A stretch of DNA of 64,000 nt from the NCBI GenBank assembly GCA_026936335.1, contig JAPMXV010000052.1, positions 248,001 through 312,000 of the forward strand, read 5' to 3'. Of the stretch, positions 60,145 through 64,000 are shown one piece after another. Positions within the stretch are counted from its first letter, which is position 1. Each line of letters opens with the position of its first letter. The notes under the pieces were generated by a model. The model ran no database searches. It was not told the DNA's origin and saw nothing but the letters and a program-made list of their open reading frames with translations. The DNA comes from Mantamonas sphyraenae STR306. Taxonomy: Eukaryota > Protista > CRuMs. A program made the translations under genes and the position numbers.

Positions 60145-60678
60145 CTACAAACATATCTCCATGTAGCCCACCGTGCACCCAATCGAAAACGCAGAGTTGA
60201 CCGAAAACAGCGAAAACGCAGAGTTGATGCTGAACGCAGACACGAAGCAGTTGACACACACAAAACTCAGAAACCCGTTGGCCACAAAGATGCACAGCAA
60301 CGCGTTGACCGCCCACACACTCAACGCCGCATTTCTCGACTTGTACGCGTGCCACGTGTTTGTCTTCTTCTTGGGTGCTGCCGCCGCCACACTCGCCCGT
60401 CCTGCGTTCTCCACTCGGCTCTGCCTCTGCGCCTCTCTGGACATCAACGGCTGCTGCTGCGGCCCATTCTCGCGCGTGTACCTCTCTGGCATCTCCTTGA
60501 TGTACCCACCCTGCGTGACAGAGGTCTCTGTGCTGCCATACCCGCCTGCACCACCTGCTTCTGCGTCCACCCCAAACGTCTGCGCTGCCGGGCCGGCATA
60601 AAAATCATACTGTGGCGTCTCCTTCCTCTCCTCCTCCCGCCCTTGCTTCACGTTGTTCAGTTCAAACTCATACGACAT
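60145..60678 (-). CDS. Small protein with C-terminal 9-residue S-x-N-S repeats
   Basis: MSYEFEL...SINSAFSLF-SVNSAFSIGC. Confidence 0.6.
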   Translation of the reverse strand: MSYEFELNNVKQGREEERKETPQYDFYAGPAAQTFGVDAEAGGAGGYGSTETSVTQGGYIKEMPERYTRENGPQQQPLMSREAQRQSRVENAGRASVAAAAPKKKTNTWHAYKSRNAALSVWAVNALLCIFVANGFLSFVCVNCFVSAFSINSAFSLFSVNSAFSIGCTVGYMEICL

Positions 60679-60913
60679 TGTTGGCCCCATCGGCGCCCGT
60701 CCCACCGGCCTGCTTTTGCCCAACCCCCACTCACCCCAAACTCGCCCCATGGGACCAACCCACCCCCTTCCCCCCTCTCCCCCCTCTCCCCCCCCCCCCA
60801 CCCCCCCAACCCCCCCCCTTCCCCCCATGCCCAGAAGCAACGCTGTACACCCCCCTATGGGCTCCTGGCGAGATTCCATCATCCTCACCCCTTCCAACGC
60901 CAGCGACATCCAA

Positions 60914-61531
60914 ATGGCCAACGCCGCAACCTCATCCACCCCCTCCACCTCCTCCCCTCCTCCCACCGCCACCCGCAAACCCCGCCACGGCGACTTTAGC
61001 CTCGCTGTCATCCTCCTTCTGGCCCTTGCCTTTGCAACGGTCGGCGCCTCCATCCTCCTCTCCCTCACAGACACCATGTTCGACCAGCCCACCCTCGAGT
61101 CCCTCCTACCCTTCATCCTCAACCTCGTCGCCCTCGTCGCCCTCGCCATCGTCCTCTTTGTCGCCCTCAAGGACAAGGCCTGGGATTCCCCGCGCGTCGC
61201 AAAGCTCGACCTCGTCCGCCGCGTCCAGCTCGAGCAGCAGCTCAAGGCTGCCCTCGAGGACCGCAAGCACTTTGCCACACAGGTCAACCGCTTCCAAAAC
61301 GACAACGACAAGATCCGCAAGCAGGCCATGCGCTACCGCCACCGCAAAATGGACGCCGAGAGGACCTGCGCCCAGCTCGAAGCCCGCCTTGTCGACGCCG
61401 CCCACTCCTCGGGCAACGACTCGGCCGCCCTCCAGCTCCAAAACCAGCAACTGACCCAAGAGGTTGCCCGCCTCCAGGCCCGCCTCCATCCCGAACCCTC
61501 TGCCGACCCGGCCCCCGTCGATGAAGATTGA
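60914..61531 (+). CDS. Two-TM protein with a C-terminal coiled coil
   Basis: Two hydrophobic helices followed by a heptad-rich tail; host-like codon usage; start uncertain. Confidence 0.7.
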   Translation: MANAATSSTPSTSSPPPTATRKPRHGDFSLAVILLLALAFATVGASILLSLTDTMFDQPTLESLLPFILNLVALVALAIVLFVALKDKAWDSPRVAKLDLVRRVQLEQQLKAALEDRKHFATQVNRFQNDNDKIRKQAMRYRHRKMDAERTCAQLEARLVDAAHSSGNDSAALQLQNQQLTQEVARLQARLHPEPSADPAPVDED

Positions 61532-61546
61532 AGATTGACCCTAAGT

Positions 61547-64000
61547 TCATTCCACACTCACAGTCCGCCTCACCGCCTGATTCTCCTTCTCATGCTCCTT
61601 CACAAACCTGTCCAGCTCCTCCACTGCCGCGTCGTGTTCGTTGTTCAGCCGCGTCAACGGGTTCAGCTCGTACTGCACATTCCGCACCCGATCCTCAAAC
61701 TTTTCCACCGTCATCCGCCGCGCCACCGTCTGTGCCGCCGTCTTGACCTTGCTCAGTTCCAAAACCACCATAAACCCGATCCGTGCCTGTCGCTCCCTCT
61801 GCCACGCCTTCAGCACAAGAACCACCACCAGCACGCACATGTTTCGCCCACCGTGATCTGGCCCAGCGCAAAGTACAGCAGGATCTGTGCCGTCAGCGGC
61901 ACACAAATCACCACCGCCGCACGGATGCTCACGCTCCCTGCAATCAGCTGGAAAAACAACACCAGCATCACCGGCGACTGGTACACATACTCCGTCCACG
62001 GGCTTCCGTTGCCCAGGATGTCCAGCACGTTCAGGTACACCGCCATCAACGTCAGACTCAGTGCACATCCAAACACCACATTCAGCGACTGCGCACGCTT
62101 TTCCACCACGCCCCGGAAAAACGACATCCCGTAGCACAGCACAAACACAGGCAGCGCCACAAGCGTCCGGATGATCGTCACATCCTCCACCAGCTTCCGG
62201 TTGTCCAGAATGATCACGTCCGGCACCACAAACAGAAACGTCACCGAGATGCACACGAAAAACATCATCCGCAGCGTCGGCACAATCTGCACCCCCGTGT
62301 GCTGTCCGTACCGCGCCTCCAACTCCTTGTCCGCAAACCCGCGCCACCAGTGCACAGGGTACCGCTCCAGCAGCGCACTCGGCGGAAGCTGCTCCCTCAG
62401 CATGCCTTCCACCTCCTCCGCGCGAAACAGCTCCCGCCGCTCTTGCAACAGCATGTCGTTCCGCACAAACTGCCGCCGGTCTCCAATCTCCACCACCAGG
62501 TTGCACAGGTACGCCGTCACGCACGTCGTCGCATACGTCACCGTGTACGCCTCTGCTTGTGACGGCGCCGCAATCGGGTCCAGCGAGAAAAACACGCCCA
62601 GGATCGCCGTCGACACCACCGAAAACACCGTCGACCATTTCAGACGCATCCCAATGCCCAAGTTGCCCGCAACCACATAAATCGTCGACGTCGTCGCCCA
62701 CACATACGGCAGCGGCGTACCCCGACGCACCACGTAAAACACAACCAGCGACGTGATGTTCACAATCAGCCCCATCGACAACAACTGCTCCTGGTACCGC
62801 CGCGCCTTCTCCCAAAACAGCAGCCCAGCCACCACAAAGTTTGGCAGCGACCCCAGCAGGTACCGCAGCAGCAGCAGCGACACCACAGCCTCCTGCGACG
62901 CCCCGCGCGCAGGCAGGCTGTAATCGTCCAGAAAGTAAAACGCCGCATGAGACACTCCCGACAGTGTCGCCAGCGTCTGGATCAGCCGCGTCGTTTGCCT
63001 GTCGTTCGCCGCACGGAACGTCCGCTCCTTCACCTCGTTCGCAAAACGCATCTGCGGCAGCTTCAGGAACGGCAGCACGTCGCCCGCAAGCGCACTCTGG
63101 TACTTTTTCAGCGTCTCCTTGTCCCGACCCACCATCACGTTCCCAAACACAAGCTGTGCCGACCCCACCTCCATCGCTTCCAGCTTCTCCAGCACGTCCT
63201 CGCTGTGCACCCACCCGTCCACCTCAATGTGCGCCGTAAACGAATGCTGCAGCTCCTTGTACCGGCTGTCTTCCCGCGACGGGAACCGCTCAAACACCTC
63301 GTGCGTCATGTGCGCCATCACCGCCCGCTCAACCTCCTCACTCATCGCCATCCGGCCCATCGCCGTCGTCTCCCGCTTGCTGCTCTTCCACCGAATTGCG
63401 TTTTCCATCGCCACCACCTCTCGCACAACCTCTCCCCGCAGCTCAAACAGGATCGGGTCGTGGCTCCCCAGCGCCTGTCCTGTGCCTTGCTCCACTGTCC
63501 CGTGGCCCAGCGCCCACGTCGCCGTACGCACACGCGCCTCTGTGACCCCGACGCGGTCTTCTTCTCCCTCCTCCCCTCCTGCCCTGCTCCTCGCTCCCCG
63601 CTTCCGCAGCGGCCGAACGAAATCCGTGTCAAACGGCCACTTTCGCTCTCTGCCCAGCCCCGTGCTCTGCTCCTCCAGCTGCGCGTTGGCCTCCCTCATC
63701 AGCGACAGGCCAAACTCGCTCCGCAGCTTCCGCATCACAAGCATCACCATCGCCGACGGATACGACGCCCCCTCTTCTGGCGACGTGCACGGACGCGACA
63801 GCACAAAGAAACTCTCGTCCGGCTTCACAATCACCCTCATGTGATACTTGGCCGCACTCACAATCAACTCCGCCAGCTCTCGGTTGTACCGAATCGGATT
63901 CTGCAGCGTCGGCCGCACCAGCAGGCAGAAACACGTTCGCGTCGCTTCCAACATCGAAAACGTGCCCACCTCGCTCAGCTTGATCTCCGACACGCTCGTC
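61547..64000 (-). CDS. Multi-pass membrane protein with a degenerate class III nucleotide-cyclase-like domain (5' end beyond the window; frameshift at ~61840)
   Basis: WALGHGTVEQG...FELRGEVVREVVAME...GRMAMSEE follows the cyclase C-terminal pattern; two TM bundles; E...R..F and LREQLP motifs. Confidence 0.6.

Overview
Gene-dense, GC-rich eukaryotic DNA, probably from a flagellated protist: short GT-AG introns with C-rich sense strands, a Pol III tRNA with a T-run terminator, and an outer-dynein-arm docking gene. Housekeeping genes: cytosolic ThrRS, ODAD1/CCDC114, EMC4, LLPH-like, ATP-PFK, two ABCA half-transporters, Tim9 and a degenerate membrane cyclase. The main result is two diverged ~1,900-aa proteins (9801-15613 +, 45229-50945 -). 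Each joins an N-terminal FEN1/XPG-type PIN 5'-nuclease-like domain to a C-terminal Fanzor/TnpB RuvC + zinc-finger module with the D-E-D triad present. Copy 2 lies in a 5.9-kb insertion (45078-51024) flanked by a TA duplication. It has CATA 5' of its left end and a structured omegaRNA-like right end, and it splits an ankyrin-COR-CHAT host gene whose frame is restored when the insertion is removed. Copy 1 is followed directly by ~6 tandem 450-480-bp hairpin-bearing units. Other accessory structure: a 5.5-kb 26-bp variant-coded minisatellite in a divergent promoter, a 2.1-kb inverted repeat carrying tRNA-Thr(TGT) around a truncated surface-protein gene, and three tandem F-box-like genes with 2, 11 and 5 copies of an ~82-aa repeat. 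Many single-base frameshifts suggest long-read assembly indels. All domain calls come from motif recognition by eye; no searches were run.
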